Below, in pieces: positions 1-10,762 of a DNA stretch of 64,000 nt; positions within the stretch are counted from its first letter, which is position 1, and every line of letters begins with the position of its first letter. The position numbers were made by a program, and so were the translations under genes. The notes below the pieces were generated by a model. That model ran no database searches. It saw nothing but the letters and a program-made list of their open reading frames with translations, and had not been told where the DNA came from. This stretch comes from an uncultured Candidatus Saccharibacteria bacterium (GTDB taxonomy: Bacteria > Patescibacteriota > Saccharimonadia > Saccharimonadales > UBA10212), in NCBI GenBank assembly GCA_965231085.1, contig OZ246413.1, positions 155,991 to 219,990 of the forward strand, given 5' to 3'.

Positions 1-1
1 G

Positions 2-2368
2 CAAGCTAGCGCCTGTTTTATTTTGGCTGTCGAAGACACAATGCTATCGATTCTTAACTGGTACAAAGAGGAAGGTTTAATCTTTAAGGGCGGTTCGGGT
101 TCGGGTATTAACGTCAGTACTTTAAGAAGCTCAAAAGAAACCTTAGGTAAGAGTGCCGGAACAGCCAGTGGCCCACTATCCTTTATGCGTGGGGCAGATG
201 CTTCAGCCGGTGCTATCAAGAGTGGTGGCAAAACTCGCCGGGCTGCAAAAATGGTTATTTTGAATGTCGACCACCCAGATGTAGAGGAGTTTATCTGGTG
301 TAAGGCAATCGAGGAGCGTAAAGCTAGAGCCTTAGAGGCTGCCGGCTTTGACATGACCTTAGACGGCAAAGACAGCTTTAGCGTTCAGTATCAAAACGCC
401 AACAACTCAGTTCGCGTAACGGATGACTTTATGCGGGCCGTGGAAGACGATAGTGACTGGCAGTTAAGAGCCGTCACCACAGGCAAAACAGTTAAAACTG
501 TTAAGGCTAGGGAAATCTGGCGACAAATTGCTGAGGCGGCGTGGGAATGCGCTGATCCGGGGCTTCAATTTGATACGACTGTTAACAAGTGGCATACTGC
601 ACCAAACGCTGGCCGTATTAATGGCTCAAATCCATGCAGTGAGTATATGCATCTTGATAACTCAGCCTGTAACCTGGCGTCTATCAACTTACTCAAATAT
701 CTAAACGATGACTTCAGTTTTGATATTCAAGCGTTCAAACACACCGTGGAATTGATATTCACAGCCCAAGAAATTCTGGTTGGCTACAGCGAATACCCAA
801 CAGAGAGTATTACCAAAAACGCCAAAGCCTACAGAGAGCTAGGCATAGGTTACGCCAACCTCGGCGCACTGCTTATGGCCCAGGGCTTGCCATATGACTC
901 TGACGAAGGTAGAGCCCAGGCTGCGGCAATTACCGCTCTTCTAACAGGACATTCATATGCAACTAGTGCCCGCATGGCTCAGAAGGTTGGGCCATTCTCT
1001 GGATATCATAAAGACCGCGAAGCCATGAACAAAGTTCTTAGAATGCACCGCGATGAGGTAAAAAAGATCAACGTATCATTGGTGTCTGAGGAGCTTTTGA
1101 ATGCAGCTCAGACCGCCTGGGACGAAGCTGTTGAACTGGCCGAGTTACACGGAGTGCGCAACTCACAGGCCTCTGTTTTGGCTCCTACCGGTACTATTGG
1201 CCTTATGATGGACTGCGATACAACCGGAATTGAGCCAGATCTAGGGCTAACTAAGGTTAAAAAACTAGTTGGCGGTGGCACAATGTTTATCGTAAACCAA
1301 ACTGTGCCGCGTGCTCTTAAGGCCCTTGGCTATAATCGTGGCGAAGTAGAGGACATCATTAGCTATATAGATGTCGAGAAGACTATAATCGGGGCGCCAC
1401 ATCTTAAGGACGAACACTTAGATGTCTTTGCTTGCAGCATGGGCGACAATGCAATTCACTACTTGGGTCATGTAAAAATGATGGCAGCTGTACAGCCGTT
1501 TATCTCGGGCGCTATCAGTAAGACTGTAAACATGCCGGAAGAGGCAACAGTTGAGGATATTGAACAGCTGCACATGGACGCCTGGAAGATGGGTCTAAAA
1601 GCAGTGGCTATCTACAGAGATAACTGTAAAGTTGCTCAACCACTAGCCATGGCTAAAAAGGAGGGCTCCGAAAAAGCACTTCCTGCAACTGCGGTTGCAG
1701 CTGTTGAGGCAGTTAATGCTCCAGTCTTGGCTGCTGGCCCGATTCGACGTGAGATGCCAAAAATGCGAAACTCCAAAACTTTTAGTTTCCGAGTTGCTGA
1801 TAGCAAGGGATTCTTTACAGTTGGCGAGTACGAAGACGGAACCCCGGGCGAGCTATTTATTAGTACCAGTAAGCACGGATCAACCCTACGAGGTTTGTTT
1901 GACGCTTTTGGTATTAGTATCAGCTACGGCTTACAGCACGGCGTACCACTCAAGAACTACGTCAGAGGCTTAAGCCATATGGGCTTTGCCCCAAGCGGCA
2001 TAACCGACGATCCAGAGATTCGCACAGCAACATCAATCATTGACTATATTTTCCACAAATTGGCGCTTGTCTATCTATCTTTTGATGACCGCCTAGAGCT
2101 CGGCCTAGCTTCGATAGAGGATATGCCCGAAAATCAGACTAACCTACTAGACGACAGCGAGCAACAAGAACCAACGCCAACCCAAGCGGCCCAAGTTAGC
2201 ACATCTGTAGCTTCAGCAGTCTCAGAACCAGCACCAGTTGCCACCAAGACAGTCAAGGCTGCCAAAGACGACACAGCACCAATGTGCTTTAATTGTGGCA
2301 ATATCACGCAAAAAGCTGGCTCGTGTTACGTCTGCACCTCTTGCGGCTCAACAACTGGCTGCAGCTAG
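2..2368 (+). CDS. nrdJ: Ribonucleotide reductase, class II (adenosylcobalamin-dependent); N-terminus cut by window edge
   Basis: Frame is open to base 2 (QASACFILAVEDTM...). RNR-type motifs GSGSGINVS, GGKTRRAAKMVILNVDHPD, NPCSEY and LAPTGTIG are present. C-terminal Cys cluster CFNCG...CYVCTSCG. Confidence 0.85.
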   Translation, partial: QASACFILAVEDTMLSILNWYKEEGLIFKGGSGSGINVSTLRSSKETLGKSAGTASGPLSFMRGADASAGAIKSGGKTRRAAKMVILNVDHPDVEEFIWCKAIEERKARALEAAGFDMTLDGKDSFSVQYQNANNSVRVTDDFMRAVEDDSDWQLRAVTTGKTVKTVKAREIWRQIAEAAWECADPGLQFDTTVNKWHTAPNAGRINGSNPCSEYMHLDNSACNLASINLLKYLNDDFSFDIQAFKHTVELIFTAQEILVGYSEYPTESITKNAKAYRELGIGYANLGALLMAQGLPYDSDEGRAQAAAITALLTGHSYATSARMAQKVGPFSGYHKDREAMNKVLRMHRDEVKKINVSLVSEELLNAAQTAWDEAVELAELHGVRNSQASVLAPTGTIGLMMDCDTTGIEPDLGLTKVKKLVGGGTMFIVNQTVPRALKALGYNRGEVEDIISYIDVEKTIIGAPHLKDEHLDVFACSMGDNAIHYLGHVKMMAAVQPFISGAISKTVNMPEEATVEDIEQLHMDAWKMGLKAVAIYRDNCKVAQPLAMAKKEGSEKALPATAVAAVEAVNAPVLAAGPIRREMPKMRNSKTFSFRVADSKGFFTVGEYEDGTPGELFISTSKHGSTLRGLFDAFGISISYGLQHGVPLKNYVRGLSHMGFAPSGITDDPEIRTATSIIDYIFHKLALVYLSFDDRLELGLASIEDMPENQTNLLDDSEQQEPTPTQAAQVSTSVASAVSEPAPVATKTVKAAKDDTAPMCFNCGNITQKAGSCYVCTSCGSTTGCS

Positions 2369-2415
2369 AGTTTTCCTACTACAGGGATAGCTCAAATAGA
2401 GTTATCATAAGTAGT

Positions 2416-2685
2416 ATGAGACTAGCAATGCTATACAGGCCAGGTAGCGATAAAGCAGGCCTTGCCGAAGACTATGTAAAAGAATATGAACGGCTGTACC
2501 CAGGTAAAAAAATTGAACTGGTTAGTTTAAATACTGTTCAAGGAGCTGAGATGGCTAAGCTTTATGGTATTACTAACAACCCGGCAATTTTAGTTACAAC
2601 CAGCGATGGCAGCTTCTTGCAGATGTGGCAGAGTGAGCACTTGCCGCTATTTAACGAGCTCAACTATTATCAGCTGAAGCGTTAA
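2416..2685 (+). CDS. Small hypothetical protein, possibly thioredoxin-fold but without a CxxC motif
   Basis: ATG at 2416 lies inside the 2293..2685 ORF, whose upstream part overlaps nrdJ. The 89-aa product has a beta-alpha pattern (KIELVSLN...AILVTTSDG) and no cysteines. Confidence 0.4.
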   Translation: MRLAMLYRPGSDKAGLAEDYVKEYERLYPGKKIELVSLNTVQGAEMAKLYGITNNPAILVTTSDGSFLQMWQSEHLPLFNELNYYQLKR

Positions 2686-2726
2686 ACTTTGCCTTAACCT
2701 CTGTTTTTTAGGTACAATTAATACTA

Positions 2727-5603
2727 ATGCCTTACTCTAAGCGCCGAAAAGCAATTGAATACGAAAAAGACCTTGTTAGCTATTGGAAAAAAAATAGAAC
2801 TTTTGAAAAATCTGTTGAACAAAGACCAGCGTCTAATTCATATGTTTTTTATGACGGCCCACCCTTTATTACTGGAGTGCCACATCACGGCACGCTGTTA
2901 ACCAGTGTTATAAAGGACGCCGTGCCTCGGTACCAAACAATGAAGGGCAAGCGCGTTGAAAGGGTTTGGGGCTGGGATTGCCACGGCCTGCCGGCCGAAG
3001 TCTTTACCGAACAAAAACTTGGCATACATGATAGGCGCGATATTGGCACAAAGATTAGCCTGGAAGACTACATAAAAACCTGTCGTGAGAATATGGTGCA
3101 AACTGGCAATTTGTGGGAAGAAACGATTGATCGAATTGGGCGTTGGGTTGATTTTAAGGGCGCCTATAAAACCATGGATAAAGAATTCATGGAGTCTGTT
3201 TGGTGGGCCTTTAAAACACTTTACGACAAAGGCAAAATCTATGAAGGCGAGAAGGTTTTGCTTTACTGCACACGCGATGCTACTCCAGTATCTAAGGCAG
3301 AAGTGGCCATGGATAACTCCTATCAAGATGTCACCGACCCCAGTGTTTATGTGAAATTCAAAATTTGTGATCGCAACGAATTTTTATTGGCCTGGACAAC
3401 AACGCCTTGGACTTTGCCAGGGAACACAGCCATAGCTGTTAACGAGAATTTAGATTATGTCGAAGTTGAATTAAACGGCGAAAAACTTATCTTAGCAGAA
3501 AGCTTAACTAGTAAAGCTTTAACAAATGAAAAGCACGAGCCGCTAGATTACAAAGTTATAAAAAAGATAAAAGGCTCAGAGTTGGTCGGGCTGTCTTACG
3601 AGCCTTTGTTTGATAATAAATTAATAACGAGCAAGAACGCATATAAAGTTTGGCATGCCGATTTTGTTCACGACGAAGAAGGCACAGGGATAGCCCACGA
3701 GGCGCCAGCTTATGGCGAAGACGATTACCAGCTTAGCCGCCAGAATGACTTCCCCTTATCCAGCATTGTCGATGATAGTGGCTTATATACCTTTGGGCCA
3801 TGGGTCGGACAGCTAATATGGGATGTTAACAAAGAAGTCGCTAAAAGTCTTCATGAGCAAGGGGTGGTACTAAAAATTGATTATATCCGTCATCAATATC
3901 CACATTGTCACCGCTGTGGCACTAAGTTAATGTATCGGGCTCACCCGAGCTGGTTTATGGATATCGATGGTCAGCGCAGCCAAATGCTTGAGCAGAATGG
4001 TAACATCAACTGGTTTCCGGAGCATATTAAGCACGGCCGATTTGAAAAAACAGTCGAGTCCGCACCAGACTGGAACTTGAGTCGCGACCGCTTTTGGGCG
4101 ACGGCTATGCCGGTTTGGCGAGGCAAAGACAAGGACGGTAACGTCCTTACTAAGGTGATTGGCAGCTACGCCGAACTAAAAGACCTAAGCGGTGTTGAGC
4201 TCGAAGATTACCATCGCCCATGGATCGATGACGTCAAGTTCACGATTGACGACGTAGAATATACTCGCATCGAAAAAGTAATGGACTGCTGGTTTGAGTC
4301 GGGTAGTATGCCATTTGCCCAGTTTCATTATCCGTTTGAGAATGCCGAAAAATTTGAAGCTAATTTTCCGGGTGACTTTATTGTGGAGTATGTTGGCCAG
4401 GTTAGAGCCTGGTTTTATTACCTTCACGCTGTGAGCACGGGGATTTTTGGTAAATCGGCCTTTAAGACAGCTTTGGTACATGGCACAATTGCCGGCAACG
4501 ACGGTCGTAAAATGAGTAAAAGCTACGGCAACTATACCGATCCGAACGAACTAATGGATACTTACAGCGCCGATTCTTTGCGTTTCTTATTTTTGGCCTC
4601 GCCACTGCTTAACGGTGAGGATTTTGCGTTAGTCGACAAGGACGTTGCTGATGTTTCTAGAAAACTGGCAATGGTTTGGAATATGTATGATTTCTTTAGT
4701 TTATACGCTGATGTTGATGGCTGGGAGTGGGGGGGAGAATTAATCGACCCCACAGATGATTGTAAAAATTCACTAGATATTTGGATTATCTCGAGACTTC
4801 ATCAACTTATGGGAGAGGTTGAAGCTCATATGGACAACTACGACATTCAAAGTGCTGTTAAACCAATCATTCCGTTTATAGACGACGCTAGTAACTGGTA
4901 TGTACGCCGCAGTCGTAAGCGTTTCTGGAAAAGCGAAAATGATGCCGACAAAAACATGGCATATAAAACTCTGCATTACGTCTTGGTACAACTGGCTCAT
5001 ATAATGGCGCCATTTACGCCATTCTTGGCAGAGGAGTTATACATAAAATTAACCGGTGGCGAGTCGGTACATCTTAATGATTGGCCCAAGGCCGGGCACG
5101 TTAACGAATTGCTTATAGAACATATGGCCTATGTCCAATGGGTTGTTACTGAAGGCTTGTCAGCCCGGGCAGCAAATCAGATAAAAGTTAGGCAGCCGCT
5201 GCAAAAAATAAGTATAACCGCCGCATTCGAGCTAACAGATGAGCTAAAAGCTATTATTGCCGAAGAATTAAATGTCAAAGAGGTTGTGGTTACAATCGAC
5301 CAGGGTGATAAAATAATTGAACTCGATACCAAGATTACTGACGAACTAAAACTGGAAGGTATAGCCCGCGAGCTAATTAGGAGCATTCAGAGTGCTCGTA
5401 AAAAAGCCAACTTTAACGTAGATGACAGAATTAAAATAAGCATAGAATCTGATTCGAGCGAAATCAAAGAAGTTCTAGAGATCCACAGGCAAACAATATT
5501 TAACGAAGTGCTTGCCACGGGTAAACTAGAAGGTTCTCCGGAGTATCAAGAGGACATCATACTTGAGGGTAGCGATGTGACCTTGAAAATAGCTCGGTCT
5601 TAA
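2727..5603 (+). CDS. ileS: Isoleucyl-tRNA synthetase
   Basis: 958 aa with a HIGH-type motif (PHHGT), KMSKS, and the editing-domain signature WTTTPWTLPGNTAIAV. Confidence 0.9.
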   Translation: MPYSKRRKAIEYEKDLVSYWKKNRTFEKSVEQRPASNSYVFYDGPPFITGVPHHGTLLTSVIKDAVPRYQTMKGKRVERVWGWDCHGLPAEVFTEQKLGIHDRRDIGTKISLEDYIKTCRENMVQTGNLWEETIDRIGRWVDFKGAYKTMDKEFMESVWWAFKTLYDKGKIYEGEKVLLYCTRDATPVSKAEVAMDNSYQDVTDPSVYVKFKICDRNEFLLAWTTTPWTLPGNTAIAVNENLDYVEVELNGEKLILAESLTSKALTNEKHEPLDYKVIKKIKGSELVGLSYEPLFDNKLITSKNAYKVWHADFVHDEEGTGIAHEAPAYGEDDYQLSRQNDFPLSSIVDDSGLYTFGPWVGQLIWDVNKEVAKSLHEQGVVLKIDYIRHQYPHCHRCGTKLMYRAHPSWFMDIDGQRSQMLEQNGNINWFPEHIKHGRFEKTVESAPDWNLSRDRFWATAMPVWRGKDKDGNVLTKVIGSYAELKDLSGVELEDYHRPWIDDVKFTIDDVEYTRIEKVMDCWFESGSMPFAQFHYPFENAEKFEANFPGDFIVEYVGQVRAWFYYLHAVSTGIFGKSAFKTALVHGTIAGNDGRKMSKSYGNYTDPNELMDTYSADSLRFLFLASPLLNGEDFALVDKDVADVSRKLAMVWNMYDFFSLYADVDGWEWGGELIDPTDDCKNSLDIWIISRLHQLMGEVEAHMDNYDIQSAVKPIIPFIDDASNWYVRRSRKRFWKSENDADKNMAYKTLHYVLVQLAHIMAPFTPFLAEELYIKLTGGESVHLNDWPKAGHVNELLIEHMAYVQWVVTEGLSARAANQIKVRQPLQKISITAAFELTDELKAIIAEELNVKEVVVTIDQGDKIIELDTKITDELKLEGIARELIRSIQSARKKANFNVDDRIKISIESDSSEIKEVLEIHRQTIFNEVLATGKLEGSPEYQEDIILEGSDVTLKIARS

Positions 5604-5648
5604 GGGGTTTACAGATTGATTCTTATCTGTTATCCTCTAATCTGAATT

Positions 5649-5954
5649 ATGAAAAAAGCAGTAATAGCAACCGGCGGTAAGCAGTATCTCGTATCAGAAG
5701 GCGAGCAGCTTGAAGTTGAGATTGTTAGTCCAAGCAAAACAGTAGATTTTGACCCATTGCTAGTAATTGACGGCGATAAGGTCAGTATCGGAACACCGCT
5801 AGTTAGTGGTGCTAAAGTCACAGCCGATGTAGTTGAGCAAGAAGTAAAAGCTGACAAGGTTGTAGCGATTCGCTACAAAGCCAAGAAGCGTGTTAATAAA
5901 GTTCATGGTCACCGTCAAAGACATACGCTGATCAAAATTACCAAAATAGCTTAA
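5649..5954 (+). CDS. rplU: 50S ribosomal protein L21
   Basis: 101 aa. Reads MKKAVIATGGKQYLVSEGE...KVHGHRQRHTLIKI. Confidence 0.9.
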   Translation: MKKAVIATGGKQYLVSEGEQLEVEIVSPSKTVDFDPLLVIDGDKVSIGTPLVSGAKVTADVVEQEVKADKVVAIRYKAKKRVNKVHGHRQRHTLIKITKIA

Positions 5955-5971
5955 TCAAATATCCACCAAAA

Positions 5972-6005
5972 ATGACTCCTTTTTCTCTGAAAAGGGAGTC
6001 ATTTT
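5972..6005 (+). terminator. Intrinsic terminator after rplU
   Basis: Stem atgactcc/ggagtcat followed by a T-run. Confidence 0.7.
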
Positions 6006-6050
6006 ATGTTAATCTGTAAAGTGTCAGACCAAAGAGAGGGTAAGTAGTTA

Positions 6051-6812
6051 GTGTCAAATATTATTGCGATTTTAAATCAAAAAGGAGGGGTAGGTAAAAC
6101 TACAACTTCTATTAATTTAGCATCTTATCTTTCTAAGGCCGGCCGAAAGGTATTATTAGTTGATGCCGACCCTCAGGGCAATACAACTAGCGGTCTTGGT
6201 GTCGATAAAATGTCGGCTAAACATACTCTTTACGACGTCCTGTTTTCTAGAGCCGAGGTAGGGCAAGTTATTCAGAAGGTCGGCAGAGATAATCTGTTTT
6301 TATTACCATCTAATGCTCAACTTGCAGCGTCTGAAGTGGAGCTGGTGCAGCTCCCTGGCCGAGAATTTTACCTAAAGCATGTTCTAGAAAATCTAGAGTA
6401 TGACTACATTATAATTGACTGTCCGCCATCACTCGGACTAATTACTATTAATGCGCTTTGTGCAGCCTCAGAGGTCCTAATACCAGTTCAGGCTGAGTAT
6501 TATGCCATGGAGGGTTTAAGTCAGCTTCTGACGGTTATACAGCAGGTACAAGGAGCTCTAAACCCTAATCTGAATCTACTGGGTGTGGTGTTAACGCTTT
6601 ATGATTCTCGTAATAGCCTTAGCTCTCAGGTGCACAACGAACTTACGAAACACTTTGGCAATAAATTATTTGAGACGGTTATTCCACGCAACGTACGATT
6701 GGCTGAGGCGCCAAGTTTTGGCAAGACTATAGTTGAATATGACAAGTGGAGTAAAGGCGCTAGAGCCTATAAGGCCCTAGCAAAGGAACTAGAAAAGAGG
6801 CTATATGGTTAA
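6051..6812 (+). CDS. parA: Chromosome partitioning ATPase ParA/Soj
   Basis: Deviant Walker A (KGGVGKTTT), 253 aa, directly upstream of parB. Confidence 0.9.
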   Translation: MSNIIAILNQKGGVGKTTTSINLASYLSKAGRKVLLVDADPQGNTTSGLGVDKMSAKHTLYDVLFSRAEVGQVIQKVGRDNLFLLPSNAQLAASEVELVQLPGREFYLKHVLENLEYDYIIIDCPPSLGLITINALCAASEVLIPVQAEYYAMEGLSQLLTVIQQVQGALNPNLNLLGVVLTLYDSRNSLSSQVHNELTKHFGNKLFETVIPRNVRLAEAPSFGKTIVEYDKWSKGARAYKALAKELEKRLYG

Positions 6813-7659
6813 GCAGACACTAGGCAGGGGTTTTGATGTATTAATCCCTAAGGATCTCGATACTTCAATCTTGCAAGATGACCAAGGTAGAATACAAAAA
6901 CTACTCATCAATGATGTAGCTCCAAATCCCGACCAGCCGCGCAGGGTATTTGATGATGATGCACATAGTGAATTAACGATTTCTATTAAGCGACACGGAG
7001 TCCTGCAGCCCATCATAGTCGTTCGTAATAAGGCCGGAAGCGGCTATCGAATAGTGGCTGGTGAGCGTCGGTGGCGAGCTGCCAAGGCTGCTGAGCTAAC
7101 TCATATACCAGCGATTGTTCGCTCGCTAAAAGAACTAGAAGAGGTGGAGCTGGCCCTAATTGAGAATATTCAGCGGGTAGACTTATCGCCACTCGATCAG
7201 GCATTGAGCATATATAAATTACAACAGCAATTTAATTTAACACTCGACCAGATTGCCGGAAAGCTAGGTAAGGCTCCGAGCACCCTCAGCAACCTTACTC
7301 GGTTATTGCAGCTTCCTGAGGCAGCTAGAGCGGCGCTTGCCGAAGGCAAAATTACAGAAGGCCATGCCCGAGCGATACTGGCCCTAAAAGACCAGAAGGA
7401 TAAGCAAAACGAATTATTGAGTTGTATTTTAAACAATGGGTGGACAGTGCGTCAGGCCGAACAGTTTGTAGTTGCCTCTAGGCAAGGCTCATCAGTCGCT
7501 AAAGCTAAGACAACTACGGCCTCAGAGAACGAGCTGACTACAAGTATTGGTAAAAAACTAGCAACAAAGGTCAAAATTAGGCGCACGGCTCGCGGTGGTC
7601 AATTGATAATAAATTTTAGTTCAGACGAAGATCTAAATAGAATTGCAAACTTGCTCTAA
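6805..7659 (+). CDS. parB: Chromosome partitioning protein ParB/Spo0J
   Basis: ParB box (IVAGERRWRAAK) and an HTH region. Overlaps the parA stop. Confidence 0.9.
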   Translation: MVKQTLGRGFDVLIPKDLDTSILQDDQGRIQKLLINDVAPNPDQPRRVFDDDAHSELTISIKRHGVLQPIIVVRNKAGSGYRIVAGERRWRAAKAAELTHIPAIVRSLKELEEVELALIENIQRVDLSPLDQALSIYKLQQQFNLTLDQIAGKLGKAPSTLSNLTRLLQLPEAARAALAEGKITEGHARAILALKDQKDKQNELLSCILNNGWTVRQAEQFVVASRQGSSVAKAKTTTASENELTTSIGKKLATKVKIRRTARGGQLIINFSSDEDLNRIANLL

Positions 7660-7692
7660 TCTGTCCGAGCTAAATTGTTGCTCAAAGCACAG

Positions 7693-8265
7693 CTAGTAGT
7701 GGCTAACTTTGCTTAGCGGAAAGATCCTAAATGTTAATTTACCGACAATTTGATTTGAATTGATTGGTCCAAAGTAGCGAGAGTCTTCCGAATTGTTACG
7801 ATTGTCGCCGCAAACATAAAGCTGGTTAGATCCTAAGGTTACGTCGATGATACCAAGAGTTATTGAGCTAGCTAATTTATAGCCTACTACCTTATCAGGA
7901 TTAAAGCCCTTAGGATTAGCTGAGTTATATACGGTAATTGAACCGTCTTTAATTACTATATGATCTCCCGGCAGGCCAATAACTCGCTTGATTAACTGTT
8001 TTTGGCCGATATAGCCTGGTAGACCGGATTGGTTAAAAATAATTATGTCGCCACGTTTTGGTATAAATGGGTGCCCACTAATTCGCGCAAAAGTCTCGGG
8101 TAGTTTATTAACTAATAGCCTATCACTGCTTTGTAGGGTCGTTTCCATGCTTTGACCATCCACTATATAAGGTTGGACGATATAAGCTTTTGTAAATAGA
8201 GCAATTAATATTGCTAGCGTGAACAGCCCAGCCGTAGTTATAAGATTCTTATTTCTCTGGAACAT
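7693..8265 (-). CDS. lepB: Signal peptidase I
   Basis: N-terminal TM segment, SM..TL and GDNRNNSEDSRYFG boxes. Confidence 0.85.
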   Translation of the reverse strand: MFQRNKNLITTAGLFTLAILIALFTKAYIVQPYIVDGQSMETTLQSSDRLLVNKLPETFARISGHPFIPKRGDIIIFNQSGLPGYIGQKQLIKRVIGLPGDHIVIKDGSITVYNSANPKGFNPDKVVGYKLASSITLGIIDVTLGSNQLYVCGDNRNNSEDSRYFGPINSNQIVGKLTFRIFPLSKVSHY

Positions 8266-8350
8266 TATCTGTACATTATAGACTACATATAAACATAAAC
8301 AATTTTGGAGCCTACTCAGGCGCCTAGAATGGTATACTGGATTCTAGAAA

Positions 8351-9991
8351 ATGCACGACAAAAAGAAGCTTATAGGGCGTAAAAGATCACACGCCTCAGT
8401 AGACGGAATGATATCGGATGGGCGCCGACTAGGTTTGCCTATTGATCTTTCAAGATCATCCAAAAAAGAGAAAAGAGAGAGCCTAGGAGATCTAACAGAT
8501 AAAAAAGAGGGTTTTCACCCAATGCGCTCAAGCTCACATGCGCTCGGGACGGATGATTCTACGGAACTTGATGCAATGGGGCTAGATAAGCCCATAATTC
8601 TAGATGATAACTCCCCCAAAGTTAAAAAATCACGTTTTCATTTTGGCTGGCCTAAATTTCATCGGCCTACCAGAAGAACTGTACTGAAACGTGGTGGTTT
8701 AGCTCTTTTAGCCTTGCTGATAGCCTCGGTCGCCTATTTTGGCATAAAGACATATGTAATAGAGAAGCACGTATTTAGAGGGGGCGGCAAAGCACCGGCT
8801 CTATCTAGCAAAGTCGATATAACCCAGCTAAAAGGCGAAGGCGATGGCCGAATAAACATTCTGCTACTTGGTATTGGTGGTCCGGGGCACGATGGCTCTG
8901 ATTTAACCGACACCATAATGATCGCTAGCATTGACCCAGTTAATAATAAAACGGTGCTTCTTAGTATTCCCAGAGACCTATGGGTAAAAATACCAGGCAA
9001 CGGTTCACAGAAGATTAATGCTGCCTACGCCTATGGCAAACAAGAATCCAGCGCCAAAACCGAAGAAGGTAAAGACCAGGACGGTCTTGATTTAGTTGAT
9101 AAGACAATCTCCCCAGTTATTGGTATTAACATCCACTATCACGTGGTTGTAGACTTTAAAGCTTTTAAAGATATGGTTGACGCGGTTGATGGCGTAAATA
9201 TTAACGTGCCAGAAACGCTTTATGATCCGACTGTTGCCTGGGAGAATAACTGGAACTCAACAATTGCTAAAGCCGGTCCGCAGACCATGCATGGCGCACA
9301 GGCCTTGCTTTATGCACGGTCGCGCGAGACTAGCTCTGACTTTGCCAGAGGCGAAAGACAAAGACTATTAATAGTGGCCCTGAAAGAAAAAATCTTTAGC
9401 CTCGGTACTTTTACCAACCCAGCTAAAATATCGAGTCTTTTAAATAGCTTTGGTAATAATGTCTACACTGACTTCTCGCTATCCGACATAAATAGGTTAT
9501 ATCAGATAGTTTCCAAGATTCCGTCTGCCGACATTAGCTCGCTCGATCTTGTGACTCCACCGCACAATCTTCTGACAACAGCGGCGGTTAATGGTCTATC
9601 AACTGTCCAGCCAAGAGCAGGTACTTATGATTACACTGACCTACAAACCTACATAAAGTCAGTTTTGGTTGATGGATATATTGCCAAAGAAAACGCAACC
9701 ATTGCAATCTATAACGCTACCAACACCGCCGGGCTGGCCACTACAAAATCCGATCTTTTAAAATCGTATGGCTATAACGTCACAACCGTAGACAGTACAA
9801 AAACGGCTACTAATCCTCCAAAAACTACCATTGTCGATCTATCTAAAGGCAAAAAATACACCAGGAACTACCTAGAAAAACGCTTTGGTGTAACGGCGGT
9901 AACTAGTTTGCCATCTGGTGTTGACGTAACACCACCAGTTAACACAGATTTTGTTATAATTCTAGGACAAGATGCTGCAACTTCCGGCTAA
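8351..9991 (+). CDS. LytR-CpsA-Psr (LCP) family cell-envelope phosphotransferase
   Basis: TM anchor followed by ILLLGIGG...DTIMIASIDP...LLSIPRDLWV, which is typical of LCP domains. Confidence 0.75.
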   Translation: MHDKKKLIGRKRSHASVDGMISDGRRLGLPIDLSRSSKKEKRESLGDLTDKKEGFHPMRSSSHALGTDDSTELDAMGLDKPIILDDNSPKVKKSRFHFGWPKFHRPTRRTVLKRGGLALLALLIASVAYFGIKTYVIEKHVFRGGGKAPALSSKVDITQLKGEGDGRINILLLGIGGPGHDGSDLTDTIMIASIDPVNNKTVLLSIPRDLWVKIPGNGSQKINAAYAYGKQESSAKTEEGKDQDGLDLVDKTISPVIGINIHYHVVVDFKAFKDMVDAVDGVNINVPETLYDPTVAWENNWNSTIAKAGPQTMHGAQALLYARSRETSSDFARGERQRLLIVALKEKIFSLGTFTNPAKISSLLNSFGNNVYTDFSLSDINRLYQIVSKIPSADISSLDLVTPPHNLLTTAAVNGLSTVQPRAGTYDYTDLQTYIKSVLVDGYIAKENATIAIYNATNTAGLATTKSDLLKSYGYNVTTVDSTKTATNPPKTTIVDLSKGKKYTRNYLEKRFGVTAVTSLPSGVDVTPPVNTDFVIILGQDAATSG

Positions 9992-10721
9992 AATTAAACC
10001 CGTTCAGGGATTCTCCCACGTAGCGCATATAGCCTTAAAAGCTTTATTGCCAATTTTAGCCTATATATTAGTTCGGATTAGCTTTGTATGGCCGGCAATA
10101 CTACTGATCATCTTAAGTAAATGGCGCATGTTTGCGGTGCGGCCTAGATACTGGTTGGCAAACATAATAGCCAACAGTGTCGATATTATAGTTGGCGTTG
10201 GTTTAATTTTGTTTATGGCTAGCACGGTTGTTGTTTGGTGGCAGATTTTTTGGATGGTGCTCTACACTGGTTGGTTAATTTGGCTAAAACCTAGATACGA
10301 TGTTTTGAGTGTTTCGGCGCAGGCTATGATAGGGCAACTCTTAGGCTTGGCAGTTATATATCTTAAGCTTGGGGACGCGCCTCTTTTGGTTCTAGTGCTT
10401 GGCACCTGGATTGTTGCTTATTCAGCTGCCAGACATTTCTTAACTAGCTTCGAGGAAGCATATTCAACATTGCTGGCTCACGTTTGGGGTTTTTTCTCAG
10501 CTTGTCTGGCTTTTATACTGGGCCACTGGCTGCTATTTTACGGATCCATAGCCCAAATAATTCTAATTATGACCACCATAGGTTATGGTTTAGCAGCTTT
10601 GTATTATCTTGAGGCGACCGATAAACTAACACCGACTATAGAAAGACAGCTAGTCGGGATTATGTGTGCAATATTATTGGTGATCTTAGCCTTGTCGGAC
10701 TGGTCCGGCGCAACCGTTTAA
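9972..10721 (+). CDS. Polytopic membrane protein, function unknown
   Basis: 249 aa with about 7 hydrophobic segments. Start overlaps the end of the LCP gene. Confidence 0.6.
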   Translation: MLQLPAKIKPVQGFSHVAHIALKALLPILAYILVRISFVWPAILLIILSKWRMFAVRPRYWLANIIANSVDIIVGVGLILFMASTVVVWWQIFWMVLYTGWLIWLKPRYDVLSVSAQAMIGQLLGLAVIYLKLGDAPLLVLVLGTWIVAYSAARHFLTSFEEAYSTLLAHVWGFFSACLAFILGHWLLFYGSIAQIILIMTTIGYGLAALYYLEATDKLTPTIERQLVGIMCAILLVILALSDWSGATV

Positions 10722-10762
10722 GTTAATTTTCAGTAAAAAGTTTTATAGTATATTGGAATTAT

